DNA of 64,000 bases from a virus. Each line of letters starts with the position of its first letter. Position 1 is the stretch's first letter. Positions 1 through 9,414 of this stretch are shown piece by piece. The stretch spans positions 1-64,000 of IMG/VR virus record IMGVR_UViG_3300025108_000022; one strand, 5' to 3'. The notes below the pieces were generated by a model that saw only the letters and a program-made list of their open reading frames with translations, was not told the origin of the DNA and searched no databases. Made by a program: the position numbers and the translations under genes.

Positions 1-1
1 T

Positions 2-373
2 GCCTGTCCCACCACCCGATGTCCAGTCAGCACCGTCGGGTTTCTCGGCATTCATAGCATCAAGGACGACAGCGGTTGTCGTGGTGTTGAGGGCAGTGGT
101 GGTGAGGCTGTATTGATAGCCAGCACAGTGGGCTTTGGCGAGGATAGCAAACAGCATTCGGAGCAGGGTGGTTTTGCCAGATCCTGCGACGGCTTCAATC
201 ACTGATGAAATCGGGTGGCCGGAGTGAATCATGGTGATTGCATACGACATGATGTCCGTTTGTTCCGGTGATGGTGGGTTTCCGTTGTGGTCTTCACTCG
301 GCATCCAATCACGCAGTGCGGCGTTTAGGGTTGGTTTAGCGGCTGGCTTCAATGTGGCGTTCTCTTCCGACAT
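2..373 (-). CDS. Superfamily 1 (UvrD/Rep-like) helicase, N-terminal part (truncated by window edge)
   Basis: Not in the ORF track. Manual translation from ATG at 373 gives MSEENATLK...PSPEQTDI (Q motif)...VIEAVAGSGKTTLL (Walker A). The frame is open to the window start. Confidence 0.8.
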   Translation of the reverse strand, partial: MSEENATLKPAAKPTLNAALRDWMPSEDHNGNPPSPEQTDIMSYAITMIHSGHPISSVIEAVAGSGKTTLLRMLFAILAKAHCAGYQYSLTTTALNTTTTAVVLDAMNAEKPDGADWTSGGGTG

Positions 374-393
374 GGCTCATCCACCCACTCCGG

Positions 394-405
394 CCTATAT
401 GAAGG
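394..405 (-). promoter_or_regulatory. Candidate archaeal TATA box for the helicase
   Basis: Minus strand reads CCTTCATATAGG about 25 nt upstream of ATG 373. Similar CCTTCAT elements occur at ~16742 and ~34496. Confidence 0.45.
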
Positions 406-475
406 CACGGCTCATACAGACCCGCAGTTCAACGGTTCGCAGGAGGGGCTTTTACAGCCACGATTTGACACCGCT

Positions 476-660
476 GGGGCACTTCCCTCACTATCCTCAC
501 TTTCTTCATTCATCAGTGCCCCCATAGGGCCATAGAGAGGCATAGAGAGAGGGGGAGAAGAAGAGAGAGAGAAGTGAAGAAAGTGATGAAAGTTCAACAC
601 ATGATACATGACATGACACATGGGACATGAGCATGAGTTCATGCACGGCACACATGACAC
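476..660. repeat. Non-coding inverted repeats, purine/pyrimidine tracts and CATG cluster
   Basis: GGGGCACT 476-483 pairs with AGTGCCCC 515-522. TCACTTTCTTCA 497-508 pairs with TGAAGAAAGTGA 575-586. There is a purine tract at 531-592 and eight CATG sites in 600-656. Confidence 0.7.
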
Positions 661-1080
661 TGAAACAGCAGGACACATCAATGTGCGACCAGCACACCGA
701 AAAGAACACCCTCACGACACCCTGCGTGGAGGCTCGGCGAGGCGGTTTTGTCGCACGGATCTGCTGTGTGGGTGGGTGGTGGTGTGTGATTTCATGCAAA
801 CACGCCGAATCACACACTCAAATGCACACCGAACGAAGGGTCGATCATGAGTGCGACAGCGAGCGACAACCAGCCAAAACAGGCTGAAATGGCCGTTTGA
901 CCCAGCCAACAGGCCAAAACAGCGTGTGAGTGGGCCACAGAACGCATGACAGCGAGCCTGTGCGACGGGAGGGCTGGGCGTGCGCCCAGCCAGCCCTATT
1001 GATGTGTGATACACCCAGCCAGCCCCAAACGATGCACTGCGAGCCATGTGTGATGCTGGGCGGGTGTGTGATTGGGGCGC

Positions 1081-1151
1081 AGGGAGCGAAAAAAAAACAC
1101 CCACCGGCTTGCTGGTGGGCACATTTTTTTTTTTTTTTGCTCGGCCTCCCT
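1081..1151. repeat. Long imperfect hairpin with A-tract and T-tract arms (possible bidirectional terminator or cis element)
   Basis: AGGGAG-CG-A9-CA-CCCACCGGC-TT-GCTGGTGGG-CACA-T15-GCTCGGC-CTCCCT. Confidence 0.65.
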
Positions 1152-1382
1152 AACCACAGACGCTACTCGGAAAAAAATTGAGAACTTTTTTTGTCAGTAT
1201 TGACAGGACTGACAACCCTCCGTAATTTTCATAACAAAACACACCTTGAGAGCAATTGGTTCACCACTACCTCACGGCATCCCACGCTACCTTCACAGCC
1301 TACCTCCGATTGGCGACGAATCGTGGTGAACCACCCCTCTTTGAGCGAAGTGTTTTTTTGTTTGGTGCTTTTACAGACGAAC

Positions 1383-2273
1383 ATGGCGGGTATTACCATT
1401 TTTGAGGTTGGCCCCCGTGATGGGATCCAAAACCTCAAGCATGAGGTAAAATCCGCCGAAAAAATTGAATTGGTGAAATTGCTTGAGGATGCTGGCCTCA
1501 AGGACATAGAAGTGACCTCATTCGTGAATCCGAAGCGAGTTCCCAATATGGCTGACGCCGAAGAGGTATTTACTGCTGTTAGGCTCAATACTTCATATAG
1601 TGTCAAACATTCAGTGTTAGTGCCCAACAAGCGTGGGATCGACCGTGCTAAGGCGGTTGGGGCGACCAATTTCAACATATTTTACTCTCCGAACAGTGAT
1701 TTTAACCGTGAGAACTACGGTTTGACACTGGAACAGATCATCGCAGGGTATGAAGAAGCCCTTGTGGGTGTTCCGACCTCCGATGTTCGGGTGTATATTT
1801 CAATGGCCTTTGGTGGTTGCATAGAGGAATTGTATGACGCAATTGAAACGGGCTTGCGATTCGGGGACAAAATCGTGTTATGCGACACTGACGGCACTGC
1901 ATCACCCTTTGACATCGCTCTTGCTCTTGACATCGCCCATGATTTGACACGAAACATAGCCATGCACCTCCATGTTGGTCGGCATCTATGGTTGAACATT
2001 GAAACCGCATACCTTCACGGTGTCCGAGAGTTTGACGCCAGCATCGGTGGATTGGGTGGTTGTCCGTTCGTGGCGAAGTCCGGTGCTAATTTGGCGACCG
2101 AAGACCTCGTTCAATGGGCGGAGGAAAGAAACATCCCCTGTGCCGTTTGTGCCGAAACACTGAAACCTGCTGTTGAACTGGCAAGCCGCATAAAGAACCC
2201 GACTTTGCGGATCGCGCTCACCAATAAGGTGCGAGAAACAAAGGGGCGGTTTATGCGGGCGGTGAAGAGATGA
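1383..2273 (+). CDS. hmgL: Hydroxymethylglutaryl-CoA lyase-like protein (DRE-TIM metallolyase), candidate auxiliary metabolic gene
   Basis: EVGPRDGIQN, IEVTSFVNPKRVPNMAD, LVPNKRG, HxH and GGLGGCPF..SGANLATED motifs. Start moved to ATG 1383. Confidence 0.88.
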   Translation: MAGITIFEVGPRDGIQNLKHEVKSAEKIELVKLLEDAGLKDIEVTSFVNPKRVPNMADAEEVFTAVRLNTSYSVKHSVLVPNKRGIDRAKAVGATNFNIFYSPNSDFNRENYGLTLEQIIAGYEEALVGVPTSDVRVYISMAFGGCIEELYDAIETGLRFGDKIVLCDTDGTASPFDIALALDIAHDLTRNIAMHLHVGRHLWLNIETAYLHGVREFDASIGGLGGCPFVAKSGANLATEDLVQWAEERNIPCAVCAETLKPAVELASRIKNPTLRIALTNKVRETKGRFMRAVKR

Positions 2274-2770
2274 GCGCATTTGACAGGGCATTCAATCTTC
2301 TAAAAACAGGTTTTGTTCCCTACGCCCATATTCCCGATGTGGTGGAAGCGATGCAGTATGACAACCAATTTTACCACATGGATTGGACTTCGTTTTACCC
2401 ACACTTTAACAATAACAAACACAAACCCGATAGAGCAACACCCACAGGTGAAACACGCCCTTCGCCTGTTATGACAAGAGGTGTGGCGGAAATTGTATGT
2501 GAAAGATGCGGCGAAAATCTAACGGATGGTTTAACGCATGAGCATTTAGATCAGCCACCTAAACGCCACCTTATACACGGAAAAGCCCCCGACGAGGACT
2601 ATGGAGATGAAGTGAACAGGTGGGAGAACAGACATCGTTGCCCCGACGGTGTATCGCCGTGGGATTTGTTCGTTGAGCAAGGTCGCTCTCAAGAAGGCCG
2701 AGCATTAGAAGACGCACAAGGTGATCAATACTGGCGTGAGATGGAGGGGGAAGGGGGTGACTACGAATGA
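2270..2770 (+). CDS. Tagged cargo protein 1, unknown function (CxxC)
   Basis: Begins MSAFDRAFNLLK. ATGA overlap with the upstream stop. Contains CERCG. Confidence 0.8.
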   Translation: MSAFDRAFNLLKTGFVPYAHIPDVVEAMQYDNQFYHMDWTSFYPHFNNNKHKPDRATPTGETRPSPVMTRGVAEIVCERCGENLTDGLTHEHLDQPPKRHLIHGKAPDEDYGDEVNRWENRHRCPDGVSPWDLFVEQGRSQEGRALEDAQGDQYWREMEGEGGDYE

Positions 2771-3723
2771 CCGCATTTGATCAAGCCTTCACCCTTCTCA
2801 AGATGCCCATTGACTGGGACACGGTGACTGAACCTGTTTGGACGCCCGGATGGAGGGCGCACGAAAACGATACAATGGACGGTGAGGCGTCAGCACAGTG
2901 GATTCACCCCGAAACCGGAGAACGCTACGATTTACGCATGGATAAGTGGATTCGCCACATTCTTAAACCAAACGAGGCTGACATTGAGGGAGCGAAACGC
3001 ATGTCCCCCTACATGCGAGAAAGCGGTGAATTGTCCGTGACTCAACCTATGAGCGAAGAAGAGGCCGACGCCCTCGCCGAAACGATGGACACCAGCCGTG
3101 AAGTGCTGGCCGAGTATGGAGATGATCAAGAAAAGGTGGGAGGGACAGCGTTCTTCAATGAAACAGATCCGTTTGGTCGGAATTGGGGACGACTAAGCGA
3201 TGATGAACGGTCAGTCCCCATGCCTATACTCCCAAGAGAATTGCACGGTCTTGGTTTAGGAACGGACATGTATGATTTATTGAACCATTGGGGTGTCAAA
3301 TTGAAGCCGGATGATAACCAAAGCAAACACGCAAGGAGGCTTTGGGCGAGGAATCAAGGGTATGACCGTGATATTGCCGACCAAATGGCGACAGGTATTT
3401 CGGCACAAACCGCCCCGTATCACTCCCTTCTCCGAGAAGCCGTGCGGCGTGTGCGTGAGAGTGGATTGCACCCCTCGTTTGACTTCGATCCTTCTTCACC
3501 GGCTTCAATTGTTGGTTTGCTTAGATTTTGGGAAACGCAGGGATATGATGAGGCAACCGAAATCAAGAACTGGTTGGACGGGGCAGTGGCTTCTAAGAAA
3601 CTCCCCCCACTAACTGACTCCCCACCGTGGATAGAAAGGGGTGGCGATACAAACAATTGGTATGAGAATTACGACAATATGAGGGGCGGCTGGACATGGA
3701 GGGGTCATAATGAACGCCTTTGA
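2767..3723 (+). CDS. Tagged cargo protein 2, GNAT-like acetyltransferase
   Basis: Begins MTAFDQAFTLLK. ILPRELHGLGLGTDMY resembles acetyl-CoA motif A and is followed by DNQSKHARRLW. Confidence 0.65.
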   Translation: MTAFDQAFTLLKMPIDWDTVTEPVWTPGWRAHENDTMDGEASAQWIHPETGERYDLRMDKWIRHILKPNEADIEGAKRMSPYMRESGELSVTQPMSEEEADALAETMDTSREVLAEYGDDQEKVGGTAFFNETDPFGRNWGRLSDDERSVPMPILPRELHGLGLGTDMYDLLNHWGVKLKPDDNQSKHARRLWARNQGYDRDIADQMATGISAQTAPYHSLLREAVRRVRESGLHPSFDFDPSSPASIVGLLRFWETQGYDEATEIKNWLDGAVASKKLPPLTDSPPWIERGGDTNNWYENYDNMRGGWTWRGHNERL

Positions 3724-4411
3724 CTCCGCCTTTGAACTCTTGAAGGCGCAACCTCGTTTTGCTTATCACGGCGGGCATGTTCCTGCTGGTGAACCCCTAA
3801 AGCCCTCCGAAATGGGCGACCACCAACACGCACTCATCAGCACCATGCCTCACAACGAAATACTCGGTCGTGAACACGGTGTGTTCGGGATCCCCATTGG
3901 GTCTTCTAAATTGCCTGTTTCGCAGTTAAGGGACTTCACTGGCATGACGAGAGGCGGAATAGGGCACAACATCATTGATTTGAAGCCTTACATGGATGAA
4001 ACAACCGCTGGCAACATGAAGGTGGCTGACGGTATGGGCAATTTTTATCAAGGGCTTGAAGAAGCAAACCCCGATTTTGAAACACCATACAGTGACGAAT
4101 GGATGCAGGAATTGAAGGACATTATCGCAAGAAAATATGAGGACTTCAATATGCCTTTGAGCGAATGGCAAGGAAAATTGATTGGCGAAAATCAAATTGA
4201 CACTACTATGCGTGACCCTTACTACAACGCAATTCACCTCCAAACACCCGACTGGAATGAACTGACTCTTGAAATACCGGCTGATATGCCGGAGATGAAC
4301 CATGAAACGATTACTCACAGGCAAATAGATCCCGAAGATGTGTTGCCAATGCGTGGCAACAGCATGAGGAACATAAAGCAGTGGATGGCTGAAAGGATGC
4401 GTGATTCATAA
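3710..4411 (+). CDS. Tagged cargo protein 3, possible ADP-ribosyltransferase-like fold
   Basis: Begins MNAFDSAFELLK. Has AYHGG at the N-terminus and ETIT..QIDPEDV near the C-terminus. The fold call is weak. Confidence 0.45.
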   Translation: MNAFDSAFELLKAQPRFAYHGGHVPAGEPLKPSEMGDHQHALISTMPHNEILGREHGVFGIPIGSSKLPVSQLRDFTGMTRGGIGHNIIDLKPYMDETTAGNMKVADGMGNFYQGLEEANPDFETPYSDEWMQELKDIIARKYEDFNMPLSEWQGKLIGENQIDTTMRDPYYNAIHLQTPDWNELTLEIPADMPEMNHETITHRQIDPEDVLPMRGNSMRNIKQWMAERMRDS

Positions 4412-5244
4412 TGACCGCCTTTGACGCCGCATTCTCCATGCTCAAAATAGACGAGGGCATGTGGGAGGAAATCTATGCCCCTCTCTTTGAGGTGTTGGGA
4501 GGGAGAGGTCAAAACCCCCACCGAAAGGCTGGAACGAACTCTCCGCTTGACTTTATGCTGACGAGCGATCTGCCCGAAGAAAGACACTGGCAATTGCAGG
4601 AACCCGACGACTCCGAATACATTGAGAGATTGATGCAAAGTATTCTTGAAGATGGATATATGGGTCGTGATTCTTCACATTGGCGGTGGAGGGACGACAC
4701 ACCCGAACAAGGCCGTGCAAGATACGACGCAAACAAAAGAGGGGAAACGACTGTCGGGAATGTAGCAATCCCAAACATTGGATTTGACAGGCAGGGGTGG
4801 GTCATTGGAGAAGGAAACCACCGAACAGCCGCTTTGCGACGATTAGGCGCACCTTACATTCCCACCTATGCTTCTTCTAATTCTTGGGGGCGCAAAAGCC
4901 AACACCCATATTCCGCCGAATTGCCTATGGGCGAGGACTTGAAGCGATGGATGGGTGCGGATATGAGCGATGAGGATTACCTTAACCACTCCGAAGGTTA
5001 TGGGATTGGGGCAAATGTGGGTCGCCGAGGGATGGGTATGCCGACCTCATTCTTGTTCGGTCAAGAATTGGTTCCCGGTATGGGGCGAATGGTTCCCGAT
5101 TTGCCCGATGGCTTAACTGCGGCTGACATGCCGCTTGCTGAAACAAGACGCTTTGATGGGCATTGGGGCAAAGCAAATGACCCCGAAGGACATTTTTATC
5201 AATTTCAAAACGATCCGAAGTGGAAGGTGGTTCACGATGAATGA
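4411..5244 (+). CDS. Tagged cargo protein 4, ParB/sulfiredoxin-like domain
   Basis: Begins MTAFDAAFSMLK. YIERLMQSILEDG...VIGEGNHRTAALRRLGAPYIP contains the GxHR motif. Confidence 0.75.
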   Translation: MTAFDAAFSMLKIDEGMWEEIYAPLFEVLGGRGQNPHRKAGTNSPLDFMLTSDLPEERHWQLQEPDDSEYIERLMQSILEDGYMGRDSSHWRWRDDTPEQGRARYDANKRGETTVGNVAIPNIGFDRQGWVIGEGNHRTAALRRLGAPYIPTYASSNSWGRKSQHPYSAELPMGEDLKRWMGADMSDEDYLNHSEGYGIGANVGRRGMGMPTSFLFGQELVPGMGRMVPDLPDGLTAADMPLAETRRFDGHWGKANDPEGHFYQFQNDPKWKVVHDE

Positions 5245-5722
5245 CGCCTTTGACACCGCTTGGGAATTGGTGAAAGCACCAATACGAGGAACACAGGACA
5301 AATACTACGATCAAGCCATGCAAGAAGGCGTGATACCTGCAAGGCAGGTTGAAAAGGATCGTAAAGGGGTTTGGGCGAGCGATTCTATGGCTACGGCTCT
5401 TGCTTATGCTCTCGGTGCGGCAAAACCCGATGAAGCCCCCTTAGTCCATTATTTACCACGAAACATAGAAGGCGTTGGTGATTATGACGAATATACGGGT
5501 TATGGTTATTATCCGTTTGATATTCCCGCCGAACATTCACAGGAGATATGGAGAGGGCAACCCTATGCGGATTGGGAAAAGGAAATGAATGACAAGTATT
5601 ATGCCGCTATGGATGCTGACGATTTACCTTTGCCTAAACAACCAACAAGGCATAGATGGAGAGCCGCTATGACCCCATTAGCAAATGAAGCACTTGAGAG
5701 GTGGAATAATGACCGCCTTTGA
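5237..5722 (+). CDS. Tagged cargo protein 5, ART-like domain
   Basis: Likely start is ATG 5237 (MNDAFDTAWELVK). IRGT....AMQEGVIP..GVWASDSMATALAYA matches an ART-like pattern. Confidence 0.55.
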   Translation: MNDAFDTAWELVKAPIRGTQDKYYDQAMQEGVIPARQVEKDRKGVWASDSMATALAYALGAAKPDEAPLVHYLPRNIEGVGDYDEYTGYGYYPFDIPAEHSQEIWRGQPYADWEKEMNDKYYAAMDADDLPLPKQPTRHRWRAAMTPLANEALERWNNDRL

Positions 5723-6989
5723 CCGAGCATGGGAACTCACCAAAGCGTTCCCAAACATGGAATACTGGCACGGGACAACAGCCGACGCCGCCCGACAAAT
5801 CCTTGATGAAGGGCTTGAGGCTTGGTCGTTTGGCGCAGACGACCCCGATGATCCGGAAATGTATTCGCTTGACCGAATGGAAGCCCGAAATGAAGCACCG
5901 GCCATGCTTGCCTTTGACACCACACCCGAACACACTATCCACGATCCAAAAGAACAAGGTTATGACATTGGTTCGGAATATGGGCATTGGTTGGTTGAAG
6001 AACCCGTTTCGCCCGAAAATGTTCGGTTGTTTGCGATGGGGAGCAAGGACATGGACGGGGATGAATGGATTCGGTTTTTGGATATGCTAAGGGCCGCTGA
6101 CAGACTTTCTTATCGCTATCCCGACATGGATGAGGCTTACGCTAACCGTGCTGTGCAAAAGGCATGGGAACTCATCAAGGCTCCGTGGGACATTGACCCT
6201 GCCCCAAATCACGATTATGGTTATGAGGCGGGCAAATTGGGCGAAGTCGCAGGGCCGTTATATTCCGGTGGTGACAGAATACACGACGAGTTCACATACT
6301 GGACACCGGACAAAGAGAAAGCGTTGGCGTATGCCCTCTTTGGTTCGGCTATCCCAACATCCCAAAGCCAAAGATTCGTCACCGAAGGCGTTCCCATGCG
6401 AGAAACATACCCAGCAATCAAGGTCGCACCCGACCCCGGTGTGGATGAACACGGGCGGAATGCCTCGTTTGTCACAGAAGACCCGCAATCAAAGGACTAC
6501 ATTCAAGACCAACAAGAAGGCATGGACGCCGAGTTCATGGATGAAGGCGAATTGTTGGACTGGATTTCTTCGCTAATTCCGGATCCCATGAGTGAAAAAC
6601 CAAATTATGATGTTGAAGCACGGGGTGGGAACCGTATTCCCGGTTTGCCACTTTTGGGGACATCAGCGAAACGACATGGCCGAGAAGCCATTATAGATCA
6701 CATGGAGATGGCCTTAAACAGACTACAACGAGGGGCTTCGGGGCATGTCGCCCTGCCCGATGAACTGTTGCCGCATCTTTCAACCAGTCGTAGTGATAAC
6801 CTCCATGATTTGTCTTTGGATGAAATGGAACAAATGTGGCGAGAGGACTTGTTTGAAGAGTGGGAAAAGAACTACATTCGTTTGAATAAGCGTGGGCATT
6901 GGTTTAATGCCATCCACTTAAACGGCTTAGACCCCGAATGGGATGCCAACAGGGACATGGGTGTTCAATTGCACGAACGGGGGGGTTGA
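5709..6989 (+). CDS. Tagged cargo protein 6, two tandem ART-like domains separated by an internal tag copy
   Basis: Start ATG 5709 (MTAFDRAWELTK). Domain 1: YWHGTTADAARQILDEGL...VEEPVSPENV (Tpt1/KptA-like). Internal AVQKAWELIKA. Domain 2: LYSGG..YWTPDKEKALAYA. Confidence 0.6.
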   Translation: MTAFDRAWELTKAFPNMEYWHGTTADAARQILDEGLEAWSFGADDPDDPEMYSLDRMEARNEAPAMLAFDTTPEHTIHDPKEQGYDIGSEYGHWLVEEPVSPENVRLFAMGSKDMDGDEWIRFLDMLRAADRLSYRYPDMDEAYANRAVQKAWELIKAPWDIDPAPNHDYGYEAGKLGEVAGPLYSGGDRIHDEFTYWTPDKEKALAYALFGSAIPTSQSQRFVTEGVPMRETYPAIKVAPDPGVDEHGRNASFVTEDPQSKDYIQDQQEGMDAEFMDEGELLDWISSLIPDPMSEKPNYDVEARGGNRIPGLPLLGTSAKRHGREAIIDHMEMALNRLQRGASGHVALPDELLPHLSTSRSDNLHDLSLDEMEQMWREDLFEEWEKNYIRLNKRGHWFNAIHLNGLDPEWDANRDMGVQLHERGG

Positions 6990-7104
6990 ACATGGAAGGC
7001 GACTCGTTGGGTATGTTGTTGCTAAAAGGGCTGGGAGCCATGCTCTTAATCCCAATCCTTATCATTTTACTCCCCTTAGCGTGGCTGTATTCGGTGGTGA
7101 TGGA

Positions 7105-7851
7105 GTGACGAGCAACAGTTCCTTTGAACGAGCGTTTTCACTGCTGAAAATGCCCTTTGTTCCCGGTTCAGTGCGCCCTTTGGAGGGCGAGTTCATGGAG
7201 GGCGACGACGACCACGCACCAGCGCAAAAGTTCGTAGGCGACTTCTATGACCCCATAGACGACCGAACTCTCCCTATCAACATTGAACCAGCAAGGGATT
7301 GGATAGGAGAAGACAACCCCTCGCACGGCTTTGGGCGCAAACACAAGCGCATGGATCGTATGGACGCCGCTGTCATTCCTATGGACATGATTGACGAAGA
7401 CCGTGAAAGTGAAATGCAGTTCGGTATGCCTCAAAAGAACCCTTTTGCCGCTATCATTGACAATTTGATTGAACGGGTTTATGTTCCCAGTGATTTGCGA
7501 AGAAGGGAAATGGGGCAGGGGCTTTTGGACGCCTTATTGGAATACCGAACCAATTTCGCAAATAGAGGGCGAATGAAACCGTCCCGTGAAAACACAGGCG
7601 ACATGCTTGGGCTTTTAGCAAGTCGTGGTTTATTTCCCCGTGGTTTAGCACGAATACCCAAAGAACAGAATTGGAATGACCCCGACACACAATACATGCA
7701 CAGCGAGTGGCCGGACAGTGCCCATTGGCAAAACGCCGAAGACGCCAATTTTCCCAACAAAGTTCCTAAACATAGGTGGGAAAAACGATGGAACGAGGCA
7801 GGAAAGCAATACGCAAGAGATCAAGAAGAAATGTGGGGTGATGGGCCGTGA
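7105..7851 (+). CDS. Tagged cargo protein 7, GNAT-like (probable paralog of 2767..3723)
   Basis: GTG 7105 follows a GGTGGTGA SD. SSFERAFSLLKMP tag. VYVPSDLRRREMGQGLLDAL resembles motif A. Confidence 0.65.
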   Translation: MTSNSSFERAFSLLKMPFVPGSVRPLEGEFMEGDDDHAPAQKFVGDFYDPIDDRTLPINIEPARDWIGEDNPSHGFGRKHKRMDRMDAAVIPMDMIDEDRESEMQFGMPQKNPFAAIIDNLIERVYVPSDLRRREMGQGLLDALLEYRTNFANRGRMKPSRENTGDMLGLLASRGLFPRGLARIPKEQNWNDPDTQYMHSEWPDSAHWQNAEDANFPNKVPKHRWEKRWNEAGKQYARDQEEMWGDGP

Positions 7852-8030
7852 GCGCATTCGATCAAGCCTTCGCTTTGCTCAAAAGACAGGAATGTCAGTC
7901 TTGTGATGCACCAACAGAAGAGGAATGTTCCGTTTGTGGTTGGTCTGTGTGTGAACCCGATGGTTCTTGTTCGCACCATAACGATGAGGGCGAGATTGTT
8001 TGCGACGACTGTTTAGAGGGTGATGATTGA
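7848..8030 (+). CDS. Tagged cargo protein 8, small Cys-rich zinc-finger-like protein
   Basis: MSAFDQAFALLK followed by CQSC, CSVC, C..C and CDDC. Confidence 0.75.
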   Translation: MSAFDQAFALLKRQECQSCDAPTEEECSVCGWSVCEPDGSCSHHNDEGEIVCDDCLEGDD

Positions 8031-9412
8031 TGGCCGCATTTGACCGAGCCTTCGCTTTGCTCAAAGAAAGCGCAAGTAAATGGGAATACCGACAAAACCC
8101 CCACGACGAACCCGGTGGCTTCGGTGTCCAAGACTGGGAACTTAACCCAAATAATATGCCCGATGATGGAACGGGTGTCGCTCGTTTGTTCCCAAACCGT
8201 TGGCTGTATTTGCCGGATGGGGAGGAAATGCCCAACCAATACAAAGCCCATTCATACTCAAGAGTTCAACCTTCTCTTGGCCGCAAAACCCAAGCCATGT
8301 TGGCTGATGGTGGATCTTTGCCGGACAATTTTGATGAAGAGGCAATTCAATACCTAAGCAGGGTTGGTTCGCACGAATCCATGCACCAAGCCCTGCACGG
8401 TGTAAAACCGGAGATGGTTCACCAACCAATCATAGGGCACGAAGCAGGGGCGGTTATGGGCGAGTTCAAGGATTGGGGCGACATAAGAGAAAGGATGCGG
8501 TGGCTGAAAAGCCACCCACGCATTGGCGAATCCTCACAACGCCAAATACAAGAGGTGTTGGACGCTTTGGTTGACAAGAACCCCGAAGAACAGGCGCAAA
8601 TAATGGGGCACAGGGCAAGGGGCAACGCTATGAACCAAATGTCAATGCAAACAGAACTTGAGCGACTTCAAGCGGCTGAAAAAGAACTTGAAGCCGAAAT
8701 AGACGAGGTTGAGCGTGAGATATACCGACCAAAAAGAACGACTCAAAGTTTTTTTGACTACAACGATAATTGGGATGCCGAACAAGAAAAGCAAGAAAAG
8801 CAAGAAAGGCTCCGTGAAGTGTATAGACGATACCAAGAGATAGGGGGTCAAATCATGGACATTGAAAGAAAAATCATCAAAGCACCCCTGTATTATCCCG
8901 ATGAGGACTGGGGTGATATGGACGACCCCGACTACGCTGGCCCCACCGAAGGCGGTGCATCGGCACGGGAAAAAGAGAACTTTCCCGATTACATGGAGGA
9001 TCTGATGGCACCAGCAGGGTTCTCCGATGTTTCGTGGCAATCCGAGGACGGAATGGCGAGAGGTGTGGCTCAATTGAACTTTGACACAGGGCAGGTGAAT
9101 GTTCACCACTTTGAGGTCGCAACCCCTGTGAGGGACAGTGGGCTTGGTGAATCATACCTCCGTGAAATGATTCAAGAGATTGAAGCGGATATGATGGGCC
9201 AAGTTGTCCATGACGGACAATTTCATGCCCATGCTACAAAGGTTGAACCCGAAAAAGCGGGCTTTTGGGACAAAATGGTTGACCGAGGTGCTATACACAG
9301 TGCTTCGTCACGAACGAACCCCCGTGTCACCCAAGACGGCAAATACTTCGCTCCTAAGATCAGCAGTGATAAATTAGAGCCGTGGGATTGGTTGGGCGAA
9401 GACGACATTTAG
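8030..9412 (+). CDS. Tagged cargo protein 9: HExxH metallopeptidase-like domain, coiled coil and GNAT domain
   Basis: MAAFDRAFALLK. SHESMHQALH plus downstream HEAG. Internal KIIKAP. HFEVATPVRDSGLGESYL...AGFWDKM. Confidence 0.65.
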   Translation: MAAFDRAFALLKESASKWEYRQNPHDEPGGFGVQDWELNPNNMPDDGTGVARLFPNRWLYLPDGEEMPNQYKAHSYSRVQPSLGRKTQAMLADGGSLPDNFDEEAIQYLSRVGSHESMHQALHGVKPEMVHQPIIGHEAGAVMGEFKDWGDIRERMRWLKSHPRIGESSQRQIQEVLDALVDKNPEEQAQIMGHRARGNAMNQMSMQTELERLQAAEKELEAEIDEVEREIYRPKRTTQSFFDYNDNWDAEQEKQEKQERLREVYRRYQEIGGQIMDIERKIIKAPLYYPDEDWGDMDDPDYAGPTEGGASAREKENFPDYMEDLMAPAGFSDVSWQSEDGMARGVAQLNFDTGQVNVHHFEVATPVRDSGLGESYLREMIQEIEADMMGQVVHDGQFHAHATKVEPEKAGFWDKMVDRGAIHSASSRTNPRVTQDGKYFAPKISSDKLEPWDWLGEDDI

Positions 9413-9414
9413 CG

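Noticed and set aside
231-1181. Short ORFs listed in the left intergenic region
   Set aside because: They are low-complexity and mutually overlapping, with no SD or recognisable motifs, and they cross homopolymer tracts and hairpins.
374-1382. tRNA or rRNA genes
   Set aside because: I recognised no cloverleaf, T-loop consensus or rRNA signature here or elsewhere by eye. A tRNAscan run would be needed to exclude them fully.
2270-8070. Recurring ~35-nt tag sequence as a CRISPR array or attC-like integron sites
   Set aside because: The repeats are in-frame coding, vary mainly at synonymous positions, are not palindromic, and are spaced by whole genes. No cas or integrase gene is present in the window.
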